NCBI GenBank assembly: GCA_026770705.1
Contig: JANJGN010000031.1
Span: 1,550,001 to 1,614,000 of the forward strand
Direction: 5' to 3'
DNA from: Isurus oxyrinchus
Taxonomy: Eukaryota
DNA length: 64,000 bases
This document shows positions 23,414 to 36,596 of the stretch, piece after piece. The notes beneath the pieces are model-generated. The model ran no database searches. It had not been told where the DNA came from and saw only the letters and a list, made by a program, of their open reading frames with translations. The translations under genes were made by a program, and so were the position numbers. Position 1 is the first letter of the stretch; every line of letters begins with the position of its first letter.

Positions 23414-25441
23414 AATGCTCCTCCTCCTCCTCGCTCTGATTGGTAGCCCAGCCCCTCCCATTCAGACTGACAGCCCCGCCTTTTCCAGTTTCAGCCCCGC
23501 CCCTCACTCCCTGCTTGGATTATGTAGAGCTGCGGGCAACAGGAAGTTGCACATAGCAGGGGGGTGGGGGGCGGTTTAGTGGACAGGACAAAACTGGAGG
23601 GATCACAACTCAGATTCACCAGGACAATACTGGGGTTTAGAGGGGTAAATTAAGAAGACAGGCTGCAGAAACTTTGCTGCATTCTCCTGAATTTAGAATA
23701 GTGAGGGGCGCTTTAATTGAACAGCTCAAACCGGAAAAACAAAATTGAGGGTGTTTGATAGAAACTTTTCTCTCTGCTGGGAGGACTGTCCAACAAAGTG
23801 GAATAACCTTAAAATTAGAGTTCGGAATGAGAGGTGAGTTTATTGATGCATAGAAGGGTCTGAGGTTGGCTTGACAGGGCAGATGCTGTTCTTCATGGGG
23901 GAATCTAGAACTAGGAGCAGTTTCAAAAAAAAGGGTTGCCCGTTTGAAGGAGATGAGGAGGAATCTCTTTGAAAACTGTGAATATTTGGAATTCTCTATA
24001 CCAGAGAGCAGTGGAGGCTGGGTCATTGAATATATTCAAGGCTGAGCTAGAGTTTTGAATTATTAGGGAATCGGGGATAATGGATGGGGAAAGGCTGCAG
24101 ACAAAGTGGATAAAGCTATAATGAGATCAGCCATGATCTTATTGAATGGTGGAGCAGGCTCGTGGATTAACATAATGCATTAATTTTGGCACTAAATTTC
24201 TACTCAGTTAAAGGGCTTGTTAGTTCAGATAAGATTTTCCATTAGGATGAATGTTTTAATATTTTTGTAATTCCAAAACATAAATTCTTTACAAAGAAAT
24301 GAAAGCAATGTTTTCCTCCTTTTACTGTCCTTTGGAAAAATTGTTGAGCCCACCACTTACTGAAAGGAAGCAGGGGATGTTTCTGTCTACCGACCAATCA
24401 GATGGTGTGATGAGAGTGATTTTCCCTTTGCCCTCTCACCCATTGCAATGTAGTTAAAATCAAGAACTTTGAAAGAATGAAGACAATCAAACTTTCAGTC
24501 CTGCTTTGCTTTTGAATTCAACTACAAGAAAAAAGCTTGTCTGTTGGGTTACCCCTTCCTACCTCTAGATTCTGATCATTCCCTTCTGTGGTTATTTTTG
24601 TTTCTCTGTTGTGCACATTCTGTGCCCCCTCACCCTCGCCCTACCAGCTTCTATTGTCAGCATTTTGAAAAATTTTCTCCTAAGCTGCTAATACACCATC
24701 TCACAAACTGTTCCCTCCCTGCTTCCTCTTTGCTTTGCAATCAGAACGTACAGGATTGTTTCTAACTCTTCAACTTCTAATTCCCCAGGCACATGAAGCT
24801 ATGCAACTACTGTAATTTTACCAACTGTTGATGATCTTTTAAACCTATCATTTATTATTAACTGCAGTGTGCTCCACACTCTACAATCTTCAAACTAAAC
24901 TGCGATTGGTGAAATATGGCTGTTTATCACTGAGAAATACTGCTTGACAATTTCTGTAACCTGAAGGGGTACAGAACCAATCCCCCTCCAGTAGGTTGTG
25001 TGCAAGTTGGTCATCTTATATACTGAATGGTGATGCACTAATCTATGAGTTCCTGCAACTGTAAATATCAGTTTTTCAAACCTTTTTTAAGCCAAAGCTT
25101 CAGCTATCCAACTTCCCCTCTCCATATGAAATAAAACTGAAAATATTGGACCTGCAACAGTGAAAGCAAGGATCGTAAAAATCACAAGTAAAAAACCAGT
25201 GGGGAAAACGAAAGTATTACAGAGCCAAGAAAATTAAAGCATCGAAAATATATGAATAATCATGCAGGGGATTGAAAAGACCCATTTCGAATAGGATAAA
25301 ACAGAATAAAAGAGAAGCTGAGATTCGGCAGGTAAAGAGAGGTTGAAAACAAAGAAAACTGCGGATGCTGGAAATCCAAAACAAAAACAGAATTACCTGG
25401 AAAAACTCAGCAGGTCTGGCAGCATCGGCGGAGGAGAAAAG

Positions 25442-25480
25442 AGTTGACGTTTCGAGTCCTCATGACCCTTCGACAGAACT
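25442..25480 (-). ncRNA. Minimal type I hammerhead ribozyme motif in the pLTR
   Basis: AGUU-CUGUCGA-A-GGGUC(AUGAG)GACUC-GAAA-CG-UC/AACU: 4-bp stem I, 5-bp stem II, palindromic ACGU stem III; core variant at position 6. Confidence 0.7.
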
Positions 25481-25530
25481 TGATTTCGAGTCCAGGAAAG
25501 AGTTGAAATATAAGCTGGTTTAAGGTGTGT

Positions 25531-25569
<39 letters not shown>

Positions 25570-25900
25570 AGGAGAGAGAGAGAGAGACAGAGGTGCTTGT
25601 GTAGACAAACAAGCAGTGATAGAAGCAGATCATCAAAAGATGTCAGTAACAATGGTACAAAAGAACACATAGGTGTTAAAGTTAAAGTTGGTGATATTAT
25701 CTAAACGAATGTGCTAATTAAGAATGGATGGTAGGGCACTCAAGGTACAGCTCTAGTGGGGGTGGGGGGAGCATAAAGGATTTTAAAATATTTATAAATA
25801 ATGGAAATAGGTGGGAAAAGAAAAATCTATAAAATTTATAGGGAAAAAAAAGAGGGAAAAAAGGGGGAAACAGAAAGGGGGTGGGGATGGGGGAGGGAGC

Positions 25901-28656
25901 TCACGACCTAAAGTTATTGAATTCAATATTCAGACCGGAAGGCTGTAAGGTGCCTAGTCGGAAGATGAGGTGTTGTTCCTCCAGTTTGCGTTGGGCTTCA
26001 CTGGAACAATGCAGTAAGCCAAGGACAGACATGTGGGCAAGAGAGCAGGGTGGAGTGTTAAAATGGCAAGCCACAGGGAGGTTTGGGTCATTCTTGCGGA
26101 CAGACCGCAGGTGTTCTGCAAAGCGGTCGCCCAGTTTACGTTTGGTCTCTCCAATGTAGAGGAGACCACATTGGGAGCAACGAATGCAGTAGACTAAGTT
26201 GGGGGAAATGCAAGTGAAATGCTGCTTCACTTGAAGGAATGTTTGGGCCCTTGGACGGTGAGGAGAGAGGAAGTGAAGGGGCAGGTGTTACATCTTTTGC
26301 GTGGGCATGGGGTGGTGCCATAGGAGGGGGTTGAGGAGTAGGGGGTGATGGAGGAGTGGACCAGGGTGTCCCGGAGGGAGCGATCTCTACGGAATGCCGA
26401 TAAGGGGGGTGAAGGGAAGATGTGTTTGGTGGTGGCATCATGCTGGAGTTGGCGGAAATGGCGGAGGATGATCCTTTGAATGCGGAGGCTGGTGGGGTGA
26501 TAAGTGAGGACAAGGGGGACCCTATCATGTTTCTGGGAGGGAGGAGAAGGCGTGAGGGCGGATGCGCGGGAGATGGGCCGGACACGGTTGAGGGCCCTGT
26601 CAACGACCGTGGGTGGAAAACCTCGGTTAAGGAAGAAGGAGGACATGTCAGAGGAACCGTTTTTGAAGGTAGCATCATCGGAACAGATGCGACGAAGGCG
26701 AAGGAACTGGGAGAATGGGATGGAGTCCTTACAGGAAGCGGGGTGTGAGGAGCTGTAGTCGAGGTAGCTGTGGGAGTCGGTGGGTTTGTAGTGGATATTG
26801 GTGGACAGTCTATCACCAGAGATTGAGACAGAGAGGTCAAGGAAGGGAAGGGAAGTGTCAGAGATGGACCACGTGAAAATGATGGAGGGGTGGAGATTGG
26901 AAGCAAAATTAATAAATTTTTCCAAGTCCCGACGAGAGCATGAAGCAGCACCGAAGTAATCATCGATGTACCGGAGAAAAAGTTGTGGAAGGGGGCCGGG
27001 GTAGGACTGCAACAAGGAATGTTCCACATATCCCATAAAGAGACAGGCATAGCTGGGGCCCATGCGGGTACCCATAGCCACACCTTTTATTTGGAGAAAG
27101 TGAGAGGAGTTGAAGGAGAAATTGTTCAATGTGAGAACAAGTTCAGCCAGACGGAGGAGAGTAGTGGTGGATGGGGATTGTTCGGGCCTCTGTTCGAGGA
27201 AGAAGCTAAGGGCCCTCAGACCATCCTGGTGGGGGATGGAGGTGTAGAGGGATTGGACGTCCATGGTGAAGAGGAAGCGGTTGGAGCCAGGGAACTGGAA
27301 ATTGTTGATGTGACGTAAGGTGTCAGAGGAATCACGGATGTAGGTGGGAAGGGACTGGACAAGGGGAGAGAGAAGGGAGTCAAGATAACGAGAAATGAGT
27401 TCTGTGGGGCAGGAGCAAGCTGAGACGATCGGTCTACCAGGGCAGTTCTGTTTGTGGATTTTGGGTAGGAGATAGAAGCGGGCCGTCCGAGGTTGGGCGA
27501 CTATCAGGTTGGAAGCTGTGGGAGGGAGATCCCCAGAGGAGATGAGGTCAGTGACAGTCCTGGAAACAATGGCTTGATGTTCAGTGGTGGGGTCATGGTC
27601 CAGGGAGAGGTAGGAGGAAGTGTCTGCGAGTTGACGCTCAGCCTCCGCGAGGTAGAGGTCAGTGCGCCAGACAACAACAGCACCACCCTTGTCAGCGGGT
27701 TTGATGACAATGTCAGGGTTGGACCTGAGAGAATGGAGTGCAGTAAGTTCAGAGAGAGACAGGTTAGAATGGGTGAGAGGAGCAGAGAAATTGAGACGAC
27801 TAATGTCGCGCCGACAGTTCTCAATGAAAAGATCAAGAGAAGGTAAGAATCCAGAGGGAGGGGTCCAGGTGGAGGGAGAATATTGGAGATGGGTAAAAGG
27901 ATCTGTTGAACTGGGAGAGGACTCCTGCCCAAAGAAGTGAGCCCGGAGACGAAGACGGCGAAAGAAGAGTTCAGCATCATGCCGAGCCCGAAATTCATTG
28001 AGGTGAGGGCGTAAGGGTATGAAACTAAGTCCTTTGCTGAGCACTGAACGTTCAGCATCGGAGAGGGGAAGGTCAGGGGGTATAGTGAATACACGGCTGG
28101 GGCTGGGATTGGAAGATGGGGTGGGGACGGAGGGACAGGCTGGGGTGGAGGGTCCTAGATGGGTGTTGGTGTCGATGAGTTGTTGGAGCTTGCGTTCCTT
28201 AGCAGTTGAGAGAAAGAGAAAAAGTTTCTTGTTGAGGCGTCGGATGAGCCGAAGGATAAAATGAAACTGGGGGCACACGCAGCTTTGAAAAAGGGTACGG
28301 CGGTGCTGCTGGAGGGAAAGGTCGAGTGTGTTCATATGGCGGCGCATGGCACTGAGTGTGGATTTCAGAATGTGACGGGAACAGCAGTCTGAGAAACGTT
28401 TTATGTCCCGGAGATACCGGTAATCCTGGGTGGGTTCGAAAGATGAGGGGTGGAATTTCAGTTGAAATCCACGTGGGGTAAGTCGGAGACGGAGGCAGTC
28501 ACTGAGAAAGGAGATATGGCTGTGAAAGCGGGTTTTAGTAAACACCTTGTCAAACACTAGGAGGGAAATGGAAAGCAAAGAAGGTGAACAAGGCAACAGA
28601 GAGATACGGAAATCTTGTCGCAGAGAGGAACAGAACTTCTTCAAGGAGATAGGCAT
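25901..28656 (-). CDS. Penelope-like RT-GIY-YIG polyprotein, full length but with a 1-nt deletion frameshift at ~26234
   Basis: KPADKGG, LPKIHK..PGRPIVS, MDVQSLYTSIP, GVAMG and RYIDD RT motifs; Cys linker CPRKRCNTC; VYCIRCSQCGLLYIGET endonuclease. First ATG at 28656. The neighbouring copy reads through (FQVKQHF). Confidence 0.9.
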
Positions 28657-28791
28657 TTCTTGAAGAGCAGTGGCAGTCAATTAAACACGGAGTTGAAAAC
28701 AAAGAAAACTGCGGATGCTGGAAATCTAAAACAAAAACAGAATTACCTGGAAAAACTCAGCAGGTCTGGCAGCATCGGCGGAGGAGAAAAG

Positions 28792-28830
28792 AGTTGACGT
28801 TTCGAGTCCTCATGACCCTTCGACAGAACT
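28792..28830 (-). ncRNA. Minimal type I hammerhead ribozyme motif in the second pLTR
   Basis: Identical to 25442-25480, 3350 nt away. Confidence 0.7.
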
Positions 28831-29246
28831 TGATTTCGAGTCCAGGAAAGAGTTGAAATATAAGCTGGTTTAAGGTGTGTGGGGGGGGGGGGGGGGGGGT
28901 GGGGGGGGGGGGGGAAGGAGAGAGAGAGAGAGACAGAGGTGCTTGTGTAGACAAACAAGCAGTGATAGAAGCAGATCATCAAAAGATGTCAGTAACAATG
29001 GTACAAAAGAACACATAGGTGTTAAAGTTAAAGTTGGTGATATTATCTAAACGAATGTGCTAATTAAGAATGGATGGTAGGGCACTCAAGGTACAGCTCT
29101 AGTGGGGGTGGGGGGAGCATAAAGGATTTTAAAATATTTATAAATAATGGAAATAGGTGGGAAAAGAAAAATCTATAAAATTTATAGGGAAAAAAAGGGG
29201 GAAAAAAGGGGGGAAACAGAAAGGGGGTGGGGATGGGGGAGGGAGC

Positions 29247-31139
29247 TCACGACCTAAAGTTATTGAATTCAATATTCAGACCGGAAGGCTGTAAGGTGCC
29301 TAGTCGGAAGATGAGGTGTTGTTCCTCCAGTTTGCGTTGGGCTTCACTGGAACAATGCAGTAAGCCAAGGACAGACATGTGGGCAAGAGAGCAGGGTGGA
29401 GTGTTAAAATGGCAAGCCACAGGGAGGTTTGGGTCATTCTTGCGGACAGACCGCAGGTGTTCTGCAAAGCGGTCGCCCAGTTTACGTTTGGTCTCTCCAA
29501 TGTAGAGGAGACCACATTGGGAGCAACGAATGCAGTAGACTAAGTTGGGGGAAATGCAAGTGAAATGCTGCTTCACTTGAAAGGAATGTTTGGGCCCTTG
29601 GACGGTGAGGAGAGAGGAAGTGAAGGGGCAGGTGTTACATCTTTTGCGTGGGCATGGGGTGGTGCCATAGGAGGGGGTTGAGGAGTAGGGGGTGATGGAG
29701 GAGTGGACCAGGGTGTCCCGGAGGGAGCAATCTCTACGGAATGCCGATAAGGGGGGTGAAGGGAAGATGTGTTTGGTGGTGGCATCATGCTGGAGTTGGC
29801 GGAAATGGCGGAGGATGATCCTTTGAATGCGGAGGCTGGTGGGGTGATAAGTGAGGACAAGGGGGACCCTATCATGTTTCTGGGAGGGAGGAGAAGGCGT
29901 GAGGGCGGATGCGCGGGAGATGGGCCGGACACGGTTGAGGGCCCTGTCAACGACCGTGGGTGGAAAACCTCGGTTAAGGAAGAAGGAGGACATGTCAGAG
30001 GAACCGTTTTTGAAGGTAGCATCATCGGAACAGATGCGACGAAGGCGAAGGAACTGGGAGAATGGGATGGAGTCCTTACAGGAAGCGGGGTGTGAGGAGC
30101 TGTAGTCGAGGTAGCTGTGGGAGTCGGTGGGTTTGTAGTGGATATTGGTGGACAGTCTATCACCAGAGATTGAGACAGAGAGGTCAAGGAAGGGAAGGGA
30201 AGTGTCAGAGATGGACCACGTGAAAATGATGGAGGGGTGGAGATTGGAAGCAAAATTAATAAATTTTTCCAAGTCCCGACGAGAGCATGAAGCAGCACCG
30301 AAGTAATCATCGATGTACCGGAGAAAAAGTTGTGGAAGGGGGCCGGGGTAGGACTGCAACAAGGAATGTTCCACATATCCCATAAAGAGACAGGCATAGC
30401 TGGGGCCCATGCGGGTACCCATAGCCACACCTTTTATTTGGAGAAAGTGAGAGGAGTTGAAGGAGAAATTGTTCAATGTGAGAACAAGTTCAGCCAGACG
30501 GAGGAGAGTAGTGGTGGATGGGGATTGTTCGGGCCTCTGTTCGAGGAAGAAGCTAAGGGCCCTCAGACCATCCTGGTGGGGGATGGAGGTGTAGAGGGAT
30601 TGGACGTCCATGGTGAAGAGGAAGCGGTTGGAGCCAGGGAACTGGAAATTGTTGATGTGACGTAAGGTGTCAGAGGAATCACGGATGTAGGTGGGAAGGG
30701 ACTGGACAAGGGGAGAGAGAAGGGAGTCAAGATAACGAGAAATGAGTTCTGTGGGGCAGGAGCAAGCTGAGACGATCGGTCTACCAGGGCAGTTCTGTTT
30801 GTGGATTTTGGGTAGGAGATAGAAGCGGGCCGTCCGAGGTTGGGCGACTATCAGGTTGGAAGCTGTGGGAGGGAGATCCCCAGAGGAGATGAGGTCAGTG
30901 ACAGTCCTGGAAACAATGGCTTGATGTTCAGTGGTGGGGTCATGGTCCAGGGAGAGGTAGGAGGAAGTGTCTGCGAGTTGACGCTCAGCCTCCGCGAGGT
31001 AGAGGTCAGTGCGCCAGACAACAACAGCACCACCCTTGTCAGCGGGTTTGATGACAATGTCAGGGTTGGACCTGAGAGAATGGAGTGCAGTAAGTTCAGA
31101 GAGAGACAGGTTAGAATGGGTGAGAGGAGCAGAGAAATT
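29247..31139 (-). pseudogene. 5'-truncated PLE ORF (RT core + GIY-YIG, open frame)
   Basis: ORF 29247-30611 plus upstream in-frame sequence, near-identical to the full copy. Confidence 0.9.
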
Positions 31140-31435
31140 AGAGAGAGAGTTTACCTAACAGCTAAAGGATGGAACCACTTAAAGATATTTCAAAGGGAAT
31201 AGTTCCTCACTGATACCTTTTGGGTCTCCCTTCCTTTTCCTTTTGATGCATTTTATAAGTGGGTTTTCCTACTGTACCAGCTCCAATCGAAACAGCAACC
31301 TCCTTGTTTTCTATTGAATTGTTGACTGACTCGTTTATAGATTTCCAGCATTTTCTGTTTTTATTTCTAATTTCCAGCGTTTCTGCATTTCCCTTTTGAT
31401 TTATGACTAATCAATCTCTGATAGCATTGTACACA

Positions 31436-34400
31436 GGGACAGAACTTTCCCAAATTTGCTCTAAATGCGGTAGCGGGTGGGTAAAACGTTGTTTTACCCA
31501 CTGGCCACAATGGCAGCTTTACGCAGTATCGTCCCAAACCCGCCTCCTTATTTATGCACTCCTGGGAAACACGCTGTTTCCATGGCGAGCAGATTCTCAT
31601 TCACCGCCCGCCATCACCCCGCTGCTGCATCACCCCGGGTGCCATATTTAAAGTCCAGCCACAAGCACACATCCCAGTGCTTCCAGCTCACCACTGCTGC
31701 TCCAAAGACATGGCCCTGAAAGTGAAAATGACTGCAGCCCCCAGGTTCAGCGACACGCCCCTTGATCACCTCTTGGATGCCATGGAGGCTCATCGTGATG
31801 TCATCTACACCCGCTGTGGCCACAGGATGGGCAGCAACCGCACTAATCCAGCGAGGTGGCAGCGGTGGTCAGTGCCAACACCCTGCAAAACAGCACAGCC
31901 ACCCACTGCCGCAAGAGGATGAATGATCTCCTCCATCCCACCAGGGTAAGTCACCCTTCTCATCGCTCCCAACTCACACACTCACAAACCCATCACACAC
32001 CCACAGGGCCCTCACTCACTGGCGATTGAAGGGACATCACAATTCACTCTCTCACTCTCACCATCATTGTCCTCATCTCATCCATGGGACCACTCATCAC
32101 CCGCACATGCCAGGCACCTTTATCATCTGGCCCAGCAGGCATCCTGCTTACACTCTCTCCATCTCAATTCATGCAGGACAAGCTGGCACACAACGAAAAG
32201 GAGAGGTCACAGACTGGTGGAGGAATGTCTGAAATCAAGGTCCTCACAGACTTTGAAAACAGCCATCCAGCTGGTCGGTGAGGATCTGGACTGTTCCTGT
32301 GCTGATGGTGAGGTCGGCGCGGCTCTACCAAGTGAGGATCCAGCAGTGCAACATCCATCAGACAACCATGCTCTGAGTGATGTGTCCTGCTTCACAGGCC
32401 GCTGCCATGCACTAATTATCTCCCCTTGCTTCCACAGGCACATTTGCCAAATGACTGACAGAGTCCATGACCCAGGGCCTCCAATCAAACCCCAAAGAAA
32501 CCTCTGCAGAGGAATCTGAAGGCACCCTCCCTAAAGCCCTGTCACAGCGCTCACCTACACACTCCACCAGTGCAGAGACACACACCTCAGTGGGACCTAG
32601 CTGTAGAGTAGCCTTGGGACCACAATCTGGTGAGCACGTTGCACTGTCTAATCCACAGCAGGCAGAGGCAGGGACTTCCCAGGTCCCCGGCACTCGGAGG
32701 ACTGCTGGAGGCCAGAACCTTGCTGAGTCCGAGTCAGATGATGAGTCTCTGGACTTAGTCGTGTCACAGTTGCTGGAGCTGCAAAGGCAAGCTCGAGAAC
32801 ATCAAGAAGGGATGTCCACTGCACTCCTCAGATTGCAAGGCACGATGGAGGAGTCTGTCCGCCTTCACTCTGGACCAAGGTCAACACTGGCAGGATGGCA
32901 GCTGCCATGGAGACCTTGGTCCAGATGTCACTCCTGCACTGCTGCACTGATGTCATAGTTGGCCTCCTAAAGTGTGTACATGAGCGGGGTGCTGTGCAAC
33001 ATGATCTCACTCCAGCTGCCCTTTCTCCTCCAGGAGTCAGCCAGGAACCCTCTGGCACCCATAGGGAGGAGGCCTATCCACCAGCTGACTCTGGGAGTGA
33101 CTGATCCATCCAACTCCCCTCCTACTGTGACCTCAGCAGCTTCAGCTCCACAGGCCGAGGAGGGAGCCATTGCCACACAGCAGGACCCCAAAAGCAGGCC
33201 GGGGCCCTCCAAGTCTCAGCCCTCCAGAGCACGCCCACCAAAAGTCACCACAGACAGGGCATAGCAGTCAGCAGGCTGCCCCCACCTCCACTGTGGATGT
33301 CCAGGGAGCATCAAGACGTAGTGGCAGGGTTAGGGGACAGTTAAGGAGAACTAGTTGCACAGCCTGGGCACAAGTGTTAATCACTCATATATAATGTTCA
33401 CTTTTGTCAATAAACTCCCAAGAATGTCTCCCAGCCTATGGCTCCTTGCTCTGATGAGCAGGGTTCATGTCACTCAGATGTGAAATCTTTCTGCACAAGG
33501 TAAAGGCAGGTGTCTCAGTCCAGGGCCTCTTCCCTGTGTCTGTGCAGCCTTCAGACCAAAGTGATTGTCTAGCCTCACACTCCCTGGAAACATTACTGAT
33601 GCCTGCACCTCAGTGGTACTGGTCATTGCTGCCAGAATGTAGTAAGCAGGCACCACAGAGTTCTCTCATTCTCTCTGTGTGCTCTCAGCACCTTTAAGTT
33701 GCGGCTGGCCCCCATCTCTTCAATACTTGTGACCACTGATGCTGTGCTCCAGCTCCTGAAGGCCTCAGGTGCTGAGGGTGGACAAAGGATCATATGTTTC
33801 TAAAGTTTCATTGCTGCACCTCTATGATATGATCCTGATAACATAGTGTAAGCGAGCTGCCCTCAGCCAGACAGGAGTCAGACATTCTCAGAGGCTATGT
33901 GATGATTTATGGAGTGTCTTCACTGTGTGCTGTAATCATCGTCCTGCAACTGAGTGACTATTAGGGCCTCCACTGCATCTCCATGACAGGAGCATTATCA
34001 CAGAGGGTATTGGCATTGCCAATACATTACATAATGTCGTCAAACATTCACAAATGCGATGTGAGGAACTATGGGGTCTCTCCAATGCATATCATCATCA
34101 TCCTCCACAAATCTATCAGCTATGAGAGCCTCATCCCCGTTGTTATTTGTCTCTGAGGACCCCCTCACCCTCATCCCTGTCGGTGTCCTCCTCATCCAAG
34201 GAGACCTCCAGCTCCTCCATCTCCTCCTCTCAATCTCGTATCACCTTTGAAGCATCAGGTTATAAAGGACGCAGCAGACGATGATGATGCATGACACCCT
34301 CTGTGGACTGTATTGCAGGGCTCCATCAGCACTGGAACCTCACTTTCAGCATCCCAATGGTCTGCTCCACCAAGTTGCAAGCAGCTACATGAGCCTCATT

Positions 34401-34815
34401 ACAGTGTCGCTCTGCTGCAGTCTGAGGCCGCCACACGGGTGTCATCAGCCACGGCCTCTGTGAGCAGCCCTTGTCCCCGAGCAGCCATCCCTGCAGCCTC
34501 TGTGGACCCTGGAAGACTCCAGGGATCTGTGACCGACTGAGGGTGTAGGAAACTGTGCGCACACCTGCAGGATGCATTTCTGGTCATCGCACACTAGCTG
34601 CACATTCAGCCAATGGAACCCCCTGCAGTTGATGTAGTTCACCTTGGGTTGTGATGGAGACCTGAGCACCACATGAGTGCAGTCGATCGCACCCTACTCC
34701 CGTGGGAAACCTGAGATCTGGGTGAATCCAATTGTTCATGCATCCTGGCTGTCTTAGTCCTGGGAAAAATGCACAAAGTTGTGTTGCCCTTGCAAAGCTG
34801 GCATCCATGACCTCA
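31436..34815. mobile_element. PIF/Harbinger transposon copy 2, truncated (Myb-like gene ~31710-33354 +; transposase ~34095-34815 -)
   Basis: Duplicate of 3002-6361. Confidence 0.8.
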
Positions 34816-35859
34816 ATGCATGAACCAAAGTGCTAAATTCTTTGCCGGCAATAATTCACAGATTATTTCATAAACACCCGAAAAGCGACCTTGAGTCTGA
34901 GAGAAGTGAGTTAACGGTTTTCAGCAGATTCTGAAACCGCTGTCAGGGGGCAGGTGTCCTGCTGCTGAATACACCTTGTACAGTGTGAACCATCAGAGGC
35001 GTTTAAAGGTTCTGAAATGAATTATTTCCTAGTTGTGTGGGATATTCCCTTTAGAGATGAGATGGCTGAGCTACGGTTTGCCAAAATGGGGAAAGGGTGA
35101 GGGTTTCCTATGGATTCTGTTTGTGCGGAGAGATTGGAGTAGCTGGGATTCTCCTCCACAGTGGAGATTAGATAACAGCATTCAGATCCATGAAGGTTTT
35201 TCTTAGAGTGAATAGGGAGAAGCTGTATCCAGTGATTCGGAACCGATGAACGATGTTTTAAGACGACTAGGGGCGGTAATTAGAATTGTTTCCTTCAGTC
35301 AGTGATATCATTGACCCTGTCTCACTTGCTCAGTTTGAACATACATGACAATCAGGAAGCGGAAGGGGCTCAGTGTCAACCCTTGGTGCTATCCAGCTTT
35401 GACTTTGAAACTTTCATTCTCCCCGAACCTGCTTCTTATTCTTGTCTGGCACTATTTGAACATGTCCTGTAATAATCGTAAGCACTTGACAGAGTCTCCG
35501 CAAATTCTAATCACCAGGTCTTCCTCCTAGATACCCAGTCATAAGGCATCTTTAGATCAGTGAATACATGAGGACTCGAAACGTCAACTCTTTTCTTCTT
35601 CGCCGATGCTGCCAGACCTGTTGAGTTTTATCAGCCTAGTGAACCGTCTCTCAACTCTTTCCAATGCAAGTATATCCCTGCTTAATTAAAGTGACCAAAA
35701 TGGAACCCATTGCCGTATGTGTGGCCTCACCAATTCCCTGTGCAGTTGTATCAAGACTTCTCTACTTTCATACTTAAACATTAGAACTCTACTTTATAAG
35801 CACAAACTTGTTTCCAAATTGCATCATGGTCACACATATTCCCTATCCCTGGGCCTTCC

Positions 35860-36217
35860 CTCAGCATCTACAACCCTCCCTATCTATGTAACCACCTCCA
35901 GCCTCTACAATCCTCCATATCTCTGTAATCTCTACCAGCCCCTAAAACCCTTCCTATCTATGTAATCACCTCCAGCCCCGACAACTCTCCTCATCACTGT
36001 AATCTCCTCCAGACTCTAAACCCTCCCTATCTCTTTAATCTCCTCCTGCCCCCACAACACTCCCTGTCTCTGTAACCTCGTCCAGCACCTACAACCGCCT
36101 ATCTGTGTAACCTGCTTTTACAACCACCCCCCCCCCCCCCCCCCCACCAACTCTGTACCCTCCACCAGCCCCTTCAACCCTCCATATCTATGTAACCAGC
36201 TCCCATCTCAAAACCTT
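35860..36217 (+). repeat. ~35-bp minisatellite, copy 2
   Basis: Duplicate of 7405-7760. Confidence 0.7.
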
Positions 36218-36596
36218 CCGGGATCTGCAACTGTCCTAATTCTGGTCTCTGGAATATTCTCAATTTGAATTTCACTCTTATTGGCAGCGATCAACCACCA
36301 AGTAATGGGTTTCCTTCACTACATCTCTTCGCCTCTCTATCTCTCTCCTACTTTAAGGTACTCCTGAAAACCTACCTCTTAGATCAACCTTTTGGCCATC
36401 TACTCTAATATATTCTTACCCCGCTCGGTGTCAAAGCAGGTTTTATAATACCCAGGAGAAGTGTCTTGGGCTAGTTCACTACATTAAGGATGCCATCTAA
36501 ATATAACTTTTTCTCCTTGTTGGCATTAAGGTTATAACAGCGTGAATTCACTAAACTGAAACCGGCGGTTAGAGGCTAAATTATGGGGATGGATTC

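Larger units (their letters stand above)
25345..31139 (-). mobile_element. Penelope-like retroelement (Neptune type), partial-tandem insertion: full unit 25345-28694 plus 5'-truncated unit 28695-31139
   Basis: RT + GIY-YIG ORF; directly repeated terminal segments starting at 25345 and 28695. Absent from paralogous sites at ~2718 and ~53792. Imperfect TSD AGAGAGGTT / AGAGAGTTT. Confidence 0.95.
6362..34815. repeat. Segmental tandem duplication unit (V types B, C, D, E, A plus partial Harbinger; ~22.6 kb plus the 5.8-kb PLE insertion)
   Basis: Near-identical to 34816-57453; its right part also matches 1-6361. Confidence 0.93.

Noticed and set aside
25531-25568. Poly-G tract as a functional G-quadruplex element
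   Set aside because: It is a variable-length homopolymer in the PLE 3' UTR (shorter at ~28881-28914); its length is unreliable and there is no further evidence.
26136-31202. Alternative-frame and antisense ORFs over the PLE (e.g. 26136-27083, 26422-26748, 27504-28094)
   Set aside because: Shadow ORFs of the C-rich RT coding strand with no recognisable domains.
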